NCBI GenBank assembly: GCA_046563655.1
Contig: CM102290.1
Coordinates: forward strand, 5,642,001-5,706,000
DNA from: Yuukianura sp. NJ FZ-2021
Lineage: Eukaryota
Length of the DNA: 64,000 bases
Direction of reading: 5' to 3'
Below the pieces are notes generated by a model that searched no databases, was not told the origin of the DNA, and was given only the letters and a program-made list of their open reading frames with translations. The translations under genes were made by a program, and so were the position numbers. Within the stretch, counting starts at the first letter, position 1, and the number at the start of each line of letters is the position of its first letter. Below, piece by piece: positions 1 through 13,700 of this stretch.

Positions 1-263
1 GAGAATCATGATTAGTTGCCCTATTTGAATACAAATGTTGACTGGGAGGAAGTGGAATGTGGTGGAAGTGGGTTTAAAATCGGGACGGAACAAACAATTA
101 TTGACTGGAGTGGATGATAAGGATGCTGAGACGTCCTTGTTCTGTCCAGTTCCTTGTTCTGTCGAAGTATATTGGAGTGTTGTGTTTGAAATCACGTGGA
201 ATGCATGGATTGTAAGCAGATTGCCATTGGAAAAGTACTGGACGAAGTTTCGGGCAGTATTCA

Positions 264-1250
264 TCAGGATATTCTGGAGCAGCATCCTTCCGTCCAACTG
301 CTGTTTGATCTGGAGTTGAGATTCACACCCAAGGGACCTGAGGATGAATCGTAATGTGACAGAGGTTCTTTCGCTTTTGCTTGCTGCGGGATACAAATGA
401 CAATCAATTAGTTACATTTTTAGTTGAACAATTGACGAGTAGTACATACCTCGATAAGGGCATGAGCGATTTCTGTAAATAGTTTCTCAACATTGTCCGC
501 TTCCTTGGCCGAAGTCTCCATGAAGTACATGTTGCTTCGCTGTGCAAAGTCCTCTCCGACGTATGTCGGGATTTCACGATCTTCCCGGTCAGTTTTGTTT
601 CCTGAATAACAATGACAGATAATTAAAAAAATATGGCAGCCATCAGGAAATTGCCAACTCACCGACGAGGACTCTCAGAACTTTTGCATTTGCGTATTCC
701 TCAATCTCCCGTAACCACTCTGGCAAACAGTCAAACGTTGGTTGTGAACTGACGTCGTAGACCAATATCAAACCATGAGCTGATCGGTAGTAACTCTGCG
801 TGATGGACCGGAATCTCTCCTGACCTGTCGATTCCATAACGTTTTCAATGACATTTTATACAGGAGATTAAATTGATATTGGATTACCTGCCGTATCCCA
901 AATCTGCAACTGAAAATATCAAAGTCTAACGTTTATGTCTTAGTTTCACACTGCTGTTGATGTTAGGCAATTAATTAGAAGTACCTTTACTATTTCTCCA
1001 TTGATGTCCACTGATTTGATCATAAAGTCCACTCCAATTGTGGATCCTTGGCCTGGTGGAAAAAGACCCTGTAAGGACCAACAGATTACAAAATGAGTTT
1101 TCGGTATTAGGAGTGACATTATCGTTAATCAAGTGTCGAAATAGGAAGATGACTGATTGTAACCTGTGTGAATCTCCTAACGAGACAAGTTTTTCCAACA
1201 CCAGCATTTCCAACCAAGATCACTTTGAATAGGTACTTGTAGTCTTCCAT
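264..1250 (-). CDS. Rab30: Rab30 small GTPase (6 coding exons)
   Basis: The spliced frame reads MEDYKYLFKVILVGNAGVGKTCLVRRFTQ...[21 protein letters not shown]...GNKTD...ETSAKEADNVE and ends in the prenylation motif CCSRIS*. Introns are GT-AG. Confidence 0.95.
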
Positions 1251-2619
1251 TTGATTCTTTTTAGTAGATTAGATTACTTCCAAGGGCGTCTTCTGAAGTG
1301 TCTCTCCCGTCACTGGTGATTAATTAGCTGCTCAATTGGAAAACATTGCACTGGAACCTGAACGAGAAGAAATATTAGGAAGATTATGTCAGCTGTTTGT
1401 TATTTGTGAAGTACCGTGGGGATTTTGGGATGGATGAATCGTAAGTTGCGTAGAAGTGGCTAAGTGACTGGCAAATGCATCAGAGAGTGCTTGAGACCTA
1501 GGAGATGAAGTGACACATACTGATTAGAGGCAGTGGGATGTAAATGATTCAAGAGTTTAATTTTATCTATGGCTTACGTCTGCCAGGGAGAAGATTAAGT
1601 GTCAAAGGGATGCGTCGCCTGTGGAGTGATGCTGAATGGTGATGGTACTGTTGATTGTTTGGGTCTGTTGCCTTGTGTTCCTACCGTAACAATCTACGGT
1701 GCGTGTCTCTTGTATGGGTGAGAAGGAGGTTGATCCAGATGATGTCAATGATTCATCTCGGTGTACCGTTGCAAGATCAACACACAGGAGATCTCTACTC
1801 AATTCCTTTTGGCTTGGCTAATCATCACATCGCACCTCAACCCCCTATCCGTTTCCATATCTTACTTCCGCAAACTACTTACCATAATAAATCATCAATT
1901 ACTCGTGTAAGTCAACTTTAGATTTGGTAATTGATTAATAGAAGGTCAACAATGAATTAGTCTGCTCTGAACGTATTTTGAACCAACAGGTCCATTGACA
2001 CTTTCCATTCATCATGAACAAGGAATGTCGTCGGTCATTTTCTCTTTGTCTCCTCACGTATTGCGCCCTCGGACGTCCATTGTCAAAACCAAAGTCAATT
2101 ACTAATTTGAAGAGCTTTGCCAAACACTGCCCTTGTTGGAAACGGAGGCGATTACGGGTATTAGATGGATATTGATTATGATCTAGGTTTTCATGGTTTA
2201 TTTTGGTACGTCAATTGTTGATATTTTTGTCCTTACTGTTCCGTGGTCCACCAACTACAGCCTCCCTTGCCCAAGTGCTCCTGATACCAATTAATCAACA
2301 TGTTATTTTGGAGGAGGTGATAAGTGAGTTTAATCTTCCAATTCATGCCTCATGCCAAAATCCACAAGCGATTGCACCCATGACTTCTCTTCCAGTGTCA
2401 CGAGAAACCAGTTCCTCACTAACCATCGACGCCCACATTACTAAACACAGTTATTCCAGCCTCCAGCGATACGATCGATCATCAACGTCAATCAATAATT
2501 TTGCTGCTACATCTCAACACTTCTAGTTGTGTCCGACCACTTCCAATTGACTGGAGTAATACGGACGTTTTCATTTGTTTTAAGGACGATTTAAGTCGCA
2601 TGCCCCCATCCCAGAAGGT

Positions 2620-5600
2620 ATGGAAGAGTCTTCACCAAAAACCAAATCCTATTTGTCTGCCATTGCCAAAAGTATCACTGATTTTGGACACCAATTGACG
2701 GTGAGAGGTCACTTCGATATCGTAACACTCTCTATTAGCTCCCAAGTTGACTTACCTTTGTTTCACTATCTATTCCAGGACGAAACCCGGCTTTTGTTAC
2801 GCAGGCATAGTAAACCTGAAGATTCTTATACCGAGTACTTGTTTGACCCGCACGCAACGTTGCAACGGTAAAGCTTATCCTACTTTTTATCCCACTATAC
2901 CCCATTTTCTAACTTTGATTTTTAACTATAGGACTTATGGCTCAGTTTCACCATTCGGACCAACTGGGAACGATTCTCCGTCGCATTCCAGACGAGGTTC
3001 AGATGTATTTCCAGCAGAATCCATACCGTCAGATGAAGATAACACTACTGGCACTCCTCCGCCAATCATCTGTTCCTCTCCGTCTCCACTGCCAGAGTTT
3101 GAAATCGAAAATGAAACGTTTGAGCAGAAGGAAAACAAGTTCAACATTCCCAGCGTCAACATTCAGCCTGAACAGGACTTTAACTTCCTCACGGTCGACG
3201 CCGCGTAAGAAATTCTAAACATATTCAGAGAACTCCAACTCTCGAACTTTCGTCAAAATTTTGCACACTTGAGATTATTTTGAAAATATTTTGAAATTGA
3301 ACTTTTGGTAGCTAAAAATGAAGGATTCTTGGTAACAATGGTAGAATGTTCCAAAGTGTTTGTGATTTGTCTGGATCGTCCTTTCGCCCTATCACTTCAA
3401 GTGTTTTTGTCTTTTGTAGTATAAGGTTAGCAAAGATTAGCAAACTAACCTTTGTCTCTTTTATCTTCAGGAAGTTCAATGCACGCAATGGACGAAATTC
3501 TCCCGGAAGAAGATCCAGCGGTTTCCTGAGTGGATCGATCTCTCCACTTACCATCACGTCCAGTAACGAGTTCCAAGATCCACTTCCGCCTGAGAAGTTC
3601 ACATGGACTCGCATCCTCAAGATAATCTTCCTCGTAGGCATCTTCGTCGTCCTCGCAGTAAGATATTACTAATTCATCCAAAATTTCAATTACATTTGAC
3701 ATTTGATTTGATTGACGTTTGATTTTTAGGGCATAATTATCATTACGAGTGAAAATCACCCCAACTACAAGCTGATTACTGTTTCCTCAGAGAATCCTTA
3801 TGGTAAAACTTACTTTAACAGTGTATGGATGAAGGATACCTACTACTAAATATGCGTTGTATTGAATGTTTTTAGAATATCCAATCCATTTTCCGACGAC
3901 AATGGTCGCATATTACCCCATTCTTACTTTGGAAGTTGTGGGAGCCTTTGCTTCGAGTAAGTACTACAACTACACCGAAGACAAGATAATGGTCAACATT
4001 CAAAAACGAAATCGAAACGGAACTAGAGAAATCGTAAGAACACAGAAGTCAAGAGTAATCAACATCAATTTGGAAAATTAAATTAAGGCGGATCTCTGTT
4101 TTTAGGTGTCTGAAACGTGGGAAGTGCCATTTTTCGACTGTTCGAAGTTTGGTAAAGTTGTTCCCGAATCAGTTGTTTCGCATGGATTCAATTTGGATGA
4201 AATGGACTACGAGTATGTTACTCGACACTCAAAGGTCAAAGTAGACCAATGTTAACCTCTTTTCTGTTTTTCGTTCCTCCACAGCTACGGGTCATTGTAC
4301 TTCCTATCATTTACTACGAATACACCGAATGCCAACCCATTCAGCATTTCTGGAATGCTGCTTTCAGACATTGTGGAGGTGGGAGCCATTTTAGGCGGAG
4401 TCGTCATGGTGGGACTCTACATTCTCATCATCTTCGAAGTAAAAACGTTTTTCTCACTATCCTCTGAATTTTAAATTGAATATTTTTGAATTTCCGTTCT
4501 AACAAGTTGACTATTTTTTTAGCTTGTAAACCGGACGTTGGCAGCGATGTTGGCTGCAGTGGGGGCCATCGCATCTCTGGCTGCAATAAACGAGCGACCG
4601 ACGACTGAGGAAATGGTTTCCTGGCTGGACATGGAGACACTCATCCTCCTCTTCTCCATGATGATCATAGTCGCAATTCTCTGTGAAACTGGGTTCTTTG
4701 ACTATTCATCTTACCTCATGTACAAGGTATATTCAAAGAATCAATTCGTAAATCCAACAGAATTCCAACAGAATTGCCTCATTCCAACAGAATTGACTTT
4801 GTTCTGTTCTGAATTTCCTGCAGCTAGCGTCTGGACAAGTATGGCCACTCATTACAGCCATGTGCTTCTTCACTGCCTCAATTTCTGCGTTCCTGGACAA
4901 CGTCACGACCATCCTCCTCATGACTCCAGTCACCATTAGGTACGCCTTCATTTTGTTTAAATTTTTGTCTCCGGGAATCGTACCTTTACATCGTTTTTTT
5001 TTTTTCAGAATTTGCGAGGCCATGGAACTAAATCCCGTCCCCGTTCTCATTTCTATCGTCATCTTCTCCAATATTGGCGGAGCAGCGACCCCTGTGGGTA
5101 AGGTCAAGGTTACATTCTTATGTCAAGGTCAGATTCTTCTTTCAAAGGTCATGTGACATGTTATGTTTTTCAGGTGACCCACCGAATGTCATAATTTCAA
5201 ACAACAAGGACGTGATCAACGCGGGAATTGACTTCTCCGTCTTTTCCCTCCATATGCTTGTGGGGATACTGCCAGTTATAATTGTAGCCTACATCCAACT
5301 TAGATTCATCTTCAGGTCAATCAAGTCTCTCAAATTTGCAGAACCCTATGATGTTACAGGTACAATTTCCTACTGATTGTTCTAAGTTAAAACTTTAATT
5401 TTTGTTGATTAATTTTCAGAACTGCGTCGTGAAATTGACGTTTGGTCGAGGGCAGCGGATTCTCTGTCGTCGTACTCAAGAGACGAAAAGCAAGTGAAGT
5501 CTCTCCTGTTAGCCAAAGTTGTCCACCTTCAAGGGAAACTCAAAGTCAAAATCAAAATGGGCGGGTAAATCACACAACTAATTAAATTCAACTAGTTAAA

Positions 5601-6852
5601 TTCAAGAAACATTTTTCAAACAATTTTTTTTTACTGACGTTGATATTTGGCCGATTTCAGGCAGTCAGAGGAAAATTTTCAAGCTAACTTGATCGACCTG
5701 GAAGCTAGTGTAAGAATTCATATATTTAACTAAATTGTTAATTTAAATTGTCAATTAAATTGTGTGATTGGTTGACTTTCAGTGCAAAATCCGTGACTGG
5801 TCGCTGTTGATTAAATGTGGAGCTGTGTTGACCGTGATCATAATTCTGTTCTTTCTTCACTCCATTCCACATCTCAATCTGTCTATTGGATGGACAGCAC
5901 TCTGTAAGCTCACATTCCACATTTTTTATATATACATTTTATGTTATTATATATGAATGTTATATTAATATGTTATATTATATATGAATATGTATTTACT
6001 ATTTTTCTTTTTCTATCCTTATAGTGGGGGCAGTGTTTCTGTTAATTCTGGCTGATCGTCGTGAGGTGGAAGGAATTCTTTGTCGCGTCGAATGGTCCAC
6101 ACTCATCTTCTTCTCTGCACTTTTCATCGTCATGGAGGTAAGTAATTGACTTGTGATTAATTGATCTTATCGTTTGTTAATTAACGTCAATCATTGATGT
6201 TTATTTGAAGGGCGTATCGAGACTTGGTCTTTTGGAGTGGATTGGAAACCAGACTGAAGTTGTGATCATGGAGGTCAACGAAGAAGCTCGTCTCACAGTT
6301 GCGATTCTTTTGATTCTGTGGGTGTCTGGTCTCGCCTCAGCCTTCATCGACAACATTCCATTTACAACCATGATGATCAAGATCGTGACACGTCTAGCAG
6401 AACGCGTGTCTCTTCCTTTACAGCCGCTCGTCTGGGCTCTCGCCCTCGGAACTTGTCTCGGCGGTCAGTCACTTAGCTAAAAAAAAGTTTGTGTTATATA
6501 GTTCTACTTAACTGAATTGACATAACTTTAACTAAAACTTGTCTAAACTTTGGCAGGAAACGGAACGCTGATCGGAGCTTCAGCCAATGTGGTAGCTGCT
6601 GGTATTGCGGATCAACATGGCTACAAGTTCACGTTCATGGAATACTTCAAGTGAGTCATCTTCTCAACTACATTGTTTTTGACAAAAACTTTTTGTTTTT
6701 AAATGAAACTGTTTTCTTGTTTTTGTTTTGAATTTTGAAAACTTAAACCATTGTTTGTTTTTAGAATCGGATTTCCAATGATGCTCATGTCTCTCGTGGT
6801 CTCTACGTTCTACCTATTCATTTGTCATTCACTTCTGGAGTGGAACTACTAG
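2620..6852 (+). CDS. OCA2: P protein / OCA2 family transporter (hoepel-like), multi-exon
   Basis: Motifs [96 protein letters not shown] and [22 protein letters not shown]. Stop TAG at 6850-6852. The start at 2620 is inferred from exon phasing. Confidence 0.92.
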
Positions 6853-7192
6853 TCAACATGTGCCAAAACATGTTATTATTTACTTTTTATTACGTTTTAT
6901 TCATCCAAATAAAACACTGACTCATCCAGTTGAGAGTCACTTAACGTAAACAAATTAACAAAACATGACTTCAAGCGGCATGGGAAACTGCGCCTCCGTC
7001 CACTTTTTATCAACAACCCCTCTAAACAGCCAGTTACGAATTTCAAGTACAAAGATAACGTTGATTATGCGTCATAAACTTTCGAAAAGAAGGCTTAAAA
7101 CCAAAAGTTCTACAAAAGTTAACAGTTTGGGAGGGACTAAATTTTAGTCACTCTCAAACTTTTAGTTACTAAAACATAAAAAACGGAGGTTT

Positions 7193-10023
7193 TCAACTAG
7201 CGTAGAACTGGAGATAGGCCTGGAGCACCCTGGGCAGCCCCAAGTCCCGAACGACAGTCGGAAGCCGTCTTCCGAGCAGCAGACGGAGGAACAAGCGAAC
7301 TTGGTGCTTGAGAGACTTTGGATTTCTGGCCAGGGTGAGCGCTAATCGCTTCTGTTCAGGAGACAGCGCTGAACAGCGTCTGATCATCGGAGGGTCAAAG
7401 GATTCAGCCGACTCGAGCAGTTCCATCATGAGCTCTTCGTGTCCAGCGACATTGTTGAGGTAGTTGAGGATTCCAGCGGGATCTCTGAACTGGGATTTGA
7501 AAATGACGCGGGATCCGTACTGGAGGAGGAGTCTGACGACGGTTTGATCCACTTCTTCGTTGGACGAAATGTACTCGCCTAGGATAGATTTGAGTGCAGT
7601 TCCATCTTCACTTACGATCACTCTGTTCAGATCGGCTCCACTTTCTAGCAAGATCTTGAGGATTGTTAGTCGATTGGGGATGTTGTCGGCACAGGCGACG
7701 TGCAGAGGAGAACCAATGATGGGGGAACTCGCATTCACATCAGCACCTAAACACAAAAATTTGTGGAATTATGTTATTTAAAAAGAGTGATTTTCCTACT
7801 AACTTTTTAACGTTTTCAAATTTGGAATTATGTTAAAGAGTGATTTTTCTACTAACTTTTTAACGTTTTGAAATTTGGAATTATGTTATTTAAAAAGAGT
7901 GATTTTCCTACTAACTTTTTAACGTTTTGAAATTTGGAATTATGTTAAAGAGTGATTTTCCTACTAACTTTTTAACGTTTTGAAATTTGGAATTATGTTA
8001 TTTAAAAAGAGTGATTTTCCTACTAACTTTTTAACGTTTTGAAATTTGGAATTATGTTAAAGTGTGATTTTCCTACTAACTTTTTAACGTTTTGAAATTT
8101 GGGATTATGTTATTTAAAAAGAGTGATTTTCCTACTAACTTTTTCACGTTTTAAAATTTGGAATTATGTTATTTAAAAAGAGTGATTTTCCTACTAACTT
8201 TTTAACTTTTTGAAATTTGGAATTATGTTATTTAAAAAGAGTGATTTTCCTACTAACTTTTTAACGTTTTGAAATTTGGAATTATATTATTTAAAAAGCT
8301 CTTCCCTCCTGAATTCACAGCAATATGAACTATTTTTAGAAATTTTAAAAAGGTATTCTTAGATTTTGACCAAATTTCGAAAAAAATCCATGGAAAAAAT
8401 TCATATCTCGGAAACCTAAGGAAGATTTTGATTTGTACCTGCAGTGATGAGAATTTGAATAAGTGCAGGGTCTCCCTTCAAAATGGCCAAGTCGAGAGGT
8501 GTTGGTTTCTGGTAATCAGATGTATTGACATTGGCTCCTTGTCTGAGCAGAAGTGTCATTGTGTCCAGATTGCCTGACAGCACGGCGTAGTGCAGCACTG
8601 TTCGGAAGTCATGTCGCTCTAAAACAAACATTCCAGTCAACTACTGCTCCAAAAACGTTTCATAAACGCAATTAACGTTTTACTTTGTAAGTGGTTCGTA
8701 CCGTCTGTGATGGCGTTGACATTGGCTCCATGCGAGATGAGGCAGAGGACAGAGTCCATTGCCTGTGGATGGCGACAAGCCTTCATGAGCATCGTCAGCC
8801 CCGTTCTGTCCTTGGAGTCAGGATCTGCTCCATAAGTCAGCAGAAGATCCATGTACTCAGCATCAGCAACTGACAGCAGATTCAGTTCAGCTCCGAAGAA
8901 GTATCTCGCATTCGGATTCGCACCGTGTTCTAAATCAACACAAAAGTTAAAAGTTTCAACTTGAAAAGCTAAAAGTGTTAACTTAAAAAGCTAAAAGCTA
9001 AAAGTTTTAACTTAAAAAGTTGAAAGTTTTAGCTTAACACAGATAGATTAGTGGGGCGACTGACCCAAGAGCATGCGAGCAGCTTCGTAGTGATTGTTTT
9101 TGATGGCCAAGCGAAGTGGTTCATCGCAGAGCGTTGTTCTGGGAAAAAGTTCGCCTTCATCCTTCCGATAGTCCGTTTTGGCTCCATGGCTGAGCAGTAG
9201 CTGTTCAAATACAAAAAGAAACAAGAAGTTAGAGACCTGTTCCAGATGACGAACTTCAACGCCTCCGCTCCAACATGTGCAAAAACAAATTGCGACGCCG
9301 TTGGGCCAAAGACGCTCAAACACTACGGGATTTTCCTCAACGTCACTTCAAAGGTGAAGGAATTGGGCGAATGCCAAGGGAAAACAAAGAACATGTTTGT
9401 GACTCAACTTTGTCCAGGAACAAGAGTGACATTGACAGAGAGGACATTGAGTCAATGTCTTTGACCTACCCAAGGTTGCTTGACAACGAACAGTTAAACA
9501 AAATTAAGCTTTCGTTGTCAAGGAACCTTGGACATACCTCCATCATGTCCAAGTAGCCATGTTCCGCTGCCAAGTGCAAAGCAGAGTAGCCGAGGTCATC
9601 CGTAGAGTTGATGTCACATCCACGCACGAGCAGAAATTCAACGGCCTCCAAATAGCGTTCGTAAGCAGCGTAGTGGATTGGACGCAGACCCTGAAAAAAC
9701 AAACCAAAATCGTTTTAAAAACATTTTGAATTCAAAAGTTTAAAAACTAAACTGGAAAATTTAGAACAGAAAAAACTTTTTAGACACAATTGAGCTGGAG
9801 TTGCTTCACTTTCTCTCTGTTCATTTAGTTAAATGTTTCAAATAAGAAAAGAGTTAAAGTTTCAACTTGAAAGTTTAAATTTTTTGAGTCTGACCTTTGT
9901 GACCTGTTCGTTAATTTTGGCTCCAGTTGCAACGAGGATTCTGAGGTCATCCAGATCTGCTCTCTTGATGATAGAATCTGCAAGTTCCCTCTGCAGAGGT
10001 TTCGGTTTACACTCGACGGGCAT
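7193..10023 (-). CDS. Ankyrin repeat and SOCS box protein (resembles arthropod stops-like ASB proteins)
   Basis: N-terminus MPVECKPKPLQRELADSIIK. Several ankyrin repeats (GLRPIHYAAY, GYSALHLAAEHG, TPLDLAILKGD, SPLHVAC). C-terminal SOCS box PKSLKHQVRLFLR...LGLPRVLQAYL. Confidence 0.88.
7758..8297. repeat. Intronic minisatellite, ~59/54-bp units, ~9.5 copies
   Basis: Tandem copies of aaatttggaattatgtta(tttaa)aaagagtgattttcctactaactttttaacgttttg. Confidence 0.95.
9470..9531. mobile_element. Minimal hairpin/MITE remnant consisting of TIRs only, same family as 13375-13659
   Basis: Near-perfect inverted repeat ccaaggttgcttgacaacgaa ... ttcgttgtcaaggaaccttgg. The terminus matches caaggttccttgacaacgaa at 13389. 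Confidence 0.7.
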
Positions 10024-10449
10024 TGTTGCTTCGTAGATTTAGTTTTTAAGTTTTAGTTGACTATTGACACAGGACTTGAACTTTTTGTTTGAAAGTGTTG
10101 TAAGTTGACAACTCGAGTGCAGAAACTGTCGTTTTTGCTCAGCGTCTTCGTGTTATATACTTGGAACAAAACTGGACTGGTGGTGGGTGCACAAAGTGTC
10201 TATGGAAAACAAAAATAGAAAATAAATGTTCAACTCCGCATTTACTTTGTGTGCTTATTACTCACCAGCAGCGTGTTCTCCGAACAAACCGAGGTCACTT
10301 CTTCCTCGGGACTCCAAAACCAAAGCCAAAACATCTCACAACATCAACCACGACATTCAGAAAGAAAATTAACACTGGCCACACAACTGTTCTCCGAATC
10401 AAAAAGAATTTACTAAAACACTACGAAAAGGAAGTGCAAACATGCAAAA

Positions 10450-10705
10450 AACTGAAATTGAAATATAGAAATATTAAGAAAAAAACGAAATTGAAATACT
10501 GAAAAATTGAAACCTTAAATTGAAATATTGAGAAATTGAACGACTGAAATTGAAATATTGAAAAAAACTAAAATTGAAATATTGAAAAACTAAAATTGAA
10601 ATATTGAAAAACTGAAATTGAAACATTGAAAAATTGAAAAACTGAAACTGAAATATTGAGAAATTGAAGGACTGAAATTGAAATATTGAAAAACTGAGAT
10701 TGGAA
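10450..10705. repeat. AT-rich degenerate tandem repeat (~22-bp, aaaactgaaattgaaatattg)
   Basis: Repeated aaattgaaatattgaaaaact units between the ASB start and the SMC3-like stop. Confidence 0.8.
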
Positions 10706-10745
10706 TATTGCCCGCCTCGTCCTCCATTTCGCCCTCCATTGATTC

Positions 10746-13700
10746 CTACGGTGTGACGTTATCTTCGTCAGTGTCAGCTTGTTGTTGGGCGGGCCGTCGT
10801 CGGGCGGGCAATTGTTGGGCTGCCCACGGCGGGCCCCAAGTACGAGGTGGTGAATTCGGTGGAACAAGGACGAAACCGGGCGGGGGTCCTCTCACAATGG
10901 CGGAATTGTCTCCCAAAAACTCCAACTGCAAAGCCTCCTGGACACTGATTCGTTCAATCGCGGTTGTCTGGAAGAAATGTCAAGGTCATTAGACTCCAGT
11001 CTTAAGTGCAGCAATTAGTGTAAGGAATTTGGTCAACAACTTACAGTCCCAGTTGTTTTAACGTAGAAGACTCGGTCAGCCACACTCACGAAATCACGAC
11101 TAAATGTCGTACAGAAGAACTGAACATTGTCTCGGTTTCCAGTTTGTTTCAAAAGGCGTGCGACGCTTCCGCGATATTGTTCGTCCAAAGCCTACATCAA
11201 AAATGACCTCATGAAAAAAAAAAGTTGACCTCGTGACGATAAAAAACGTTGACCTCTTCTTACCTGGTCAATTTCATCGAACAAGTAGATCTTGCTGGGA
11301 CACGAGTCCTGAACAGCCAGAAGAAAAGCAATGGCCAAAACTGAGCGTTGTCCTCCAGAAAGTGTGCGAATGTCATGCCGAATGTCATTTCTTCCAATCA
11401 GCTCCAACTTGGCTCCAAGAAATTTCACATTGCCCCAGGCAGCTTCACTCTCCGCCTACAAAACAATGGAATCTAAATCCGGAGGGATCTAGATCCGGAT
11501 TTATTGAACCGGATTTGGGATTTATCCTCAGAATATCCGAAATCCGGATTTCAAAATGTTGAATCCCGATTTTCCTTTGTATATGTTGGTATTAGCGGTA
11601 ATAGAAAATTGGATTTTGATGAAAAACGAGAAGAAATCCGAAACCGGATTTCCGGATAAATCCGAAATCCGGATTTGAGATCCCTTTGAACTCGTAAACA
11701 TGAGGAGAGTGAAATAGATTGAAGATTCATTGGCTACTCACGTCTGGTCCAGCGTTGGAAGTACTCAGAGAGTACTCCTCATTCTCATTTTCACTGTAGA
11801 GCGTTAACTCGGCCCTCTTGTTGTCATGGTGATTGCCACTCCCTGTGGCAATTTCAGTGTAAATATCCGGAAAGATGATCTGGATGTTCTTGATGATCCA
11901 CATGGAAAGACTTGGTCCACAGTCAACGATCAACTCCACAACTTCCTTGGCTCTCTCCAACCTAAAAGTTCAAATAAGTTATTGAACTTGAACAATTTGA
12001 ACATTTCAATTCCAACTTACGATTCCTTAGCTTGGAAAAGTTGATCCTCCAATTTCGCCACTTCAACACTGATCTTGTCGAGATTCAGAAGGCGTCGGAA
12101 TGGGAGTTCCGCTTTTTTGAGCTCCTCCTTGATAGCCAAGAGTTCTTTGAACAAATCTGTAGAGGATTTTGCGAATTCGGGCATCGTGAGCCCAGTTTCC
12201 AAAGTCAGTTCAGTTTCGTCTCTGCCCAGTTTCCGAACTTTATCCAGCAGAGATCGTTCCAGTTCTCCAAATCGGTCGTACCATGCTGCCTCCAGATCAG
12301 CTTTTGCTTTGACCAACTTTTCTGAACTTTGATGTATTAGCTCTTGAGTTTTTCCAATTTCGTCAGAAAGATGCTTCTCCTAAATTTTTTTTGAAAAACT
12401 TGAATATTGTTGAAACCCGAAGGGACATAACGATAAGCACGCCAACATGTAAAAGTTACCTTTGACGCAGCAGCAGCTTCCTCTGCCTCAAGCTTCTTCA
12501 ACGTTTCCAACAGATTGAGCTTCACCTTCTCTTCATCTTCCAAAAGTTTCTGAATATTGGCAAAACTCGTCCAATTTGCCGCAAGGTTTCCACTGCCAGA
12601 GCTCCCGGCACTCGAATTCCCCATGCTAAAAATCAAATAACACAACAATTATTATTTTTTTATAACAACTGAATTCTAGAAAATGAGAATTTGAAAATTT
12701 TTTAAATCTAAAAAGTCGTTTACGCAGAAGCCAAGTATCTCCGTTGCAGCCGCAGTCCGAGCACTTCCTTCTCCAGTTCCTTTCGTTCCGTCATCACTTT
12801 TTCGTATTCCAGCTTCGCTGCCGAAAGTTTCTTCTTTTCTTCCTCCCGGGCAGCAACGGGATTCTCTCCTGGTCTCGAAAATTCGTTTCGAATGTCCTCT
12901 TCAATCAAATTGATCCGCTCTCTCAAAATTTGCTCCGCTTGACGCTTTTGGGTCACCGCAATCAACAGATTCGGCAGACGAGCTTCGGCTGAAGCAAGTT
13001 CAGCAATCAGTCCGTCGCACTTCGTTTTCAGGGCTTCGATTTCCAGCCTAATTGTAACAAAAATTTGAAGAGAAAAAAATTTTAAGTAAAAGTAAAGATT
13101 TGAAGTAAATTTGAGTAAATTTTGGTACATTGTGTGCTTTCACTCACTCTAACTTTGATGCTTTCATTTTGATTTTCTCCAACGCAGCAATCCGAGCTGA
13201 ATTCTGTTGAGTACAAGTAGCTTCTTCCTTGTTGACCGCCTTCAACTGCTTCACAAGTTCCGTCTGCTTCTTCAATAACTCCACTTTCGTCTTGTGAGCT
13301 CGAAGGACTGACTTTGCAGGGTCCCGATATCCACCTAAGTTCAATCAAAATCCTTAAGTGAGTCTGACATACCCTTAAGGGCCATAATCAAGGTTCCTTG
13401 ACAACGAAAAATGAATTTTTTTAACAGGTTGAGTACTACCTCGCTTGTTGACAAAAAATAAAACAAAAATTATTGGTACCAATCCAAAATATTGGTACCA
13501 TCGTATGTAAAATTTAAAAAATTTGGCTCTATTGTTATGACTACGATACCATGGAATGAAAGACACTCTTTTTTTTTTTGCAAAATGAACAAAACATGAG
13601 GTATTCCTCAACCTGTTAATGCAAATCAAAGTCACCAACCTTGGCGCTAATGACCTTGACTTGATTAAATATTGAAGTCTGACCTGTAATAGGGCCGTTG

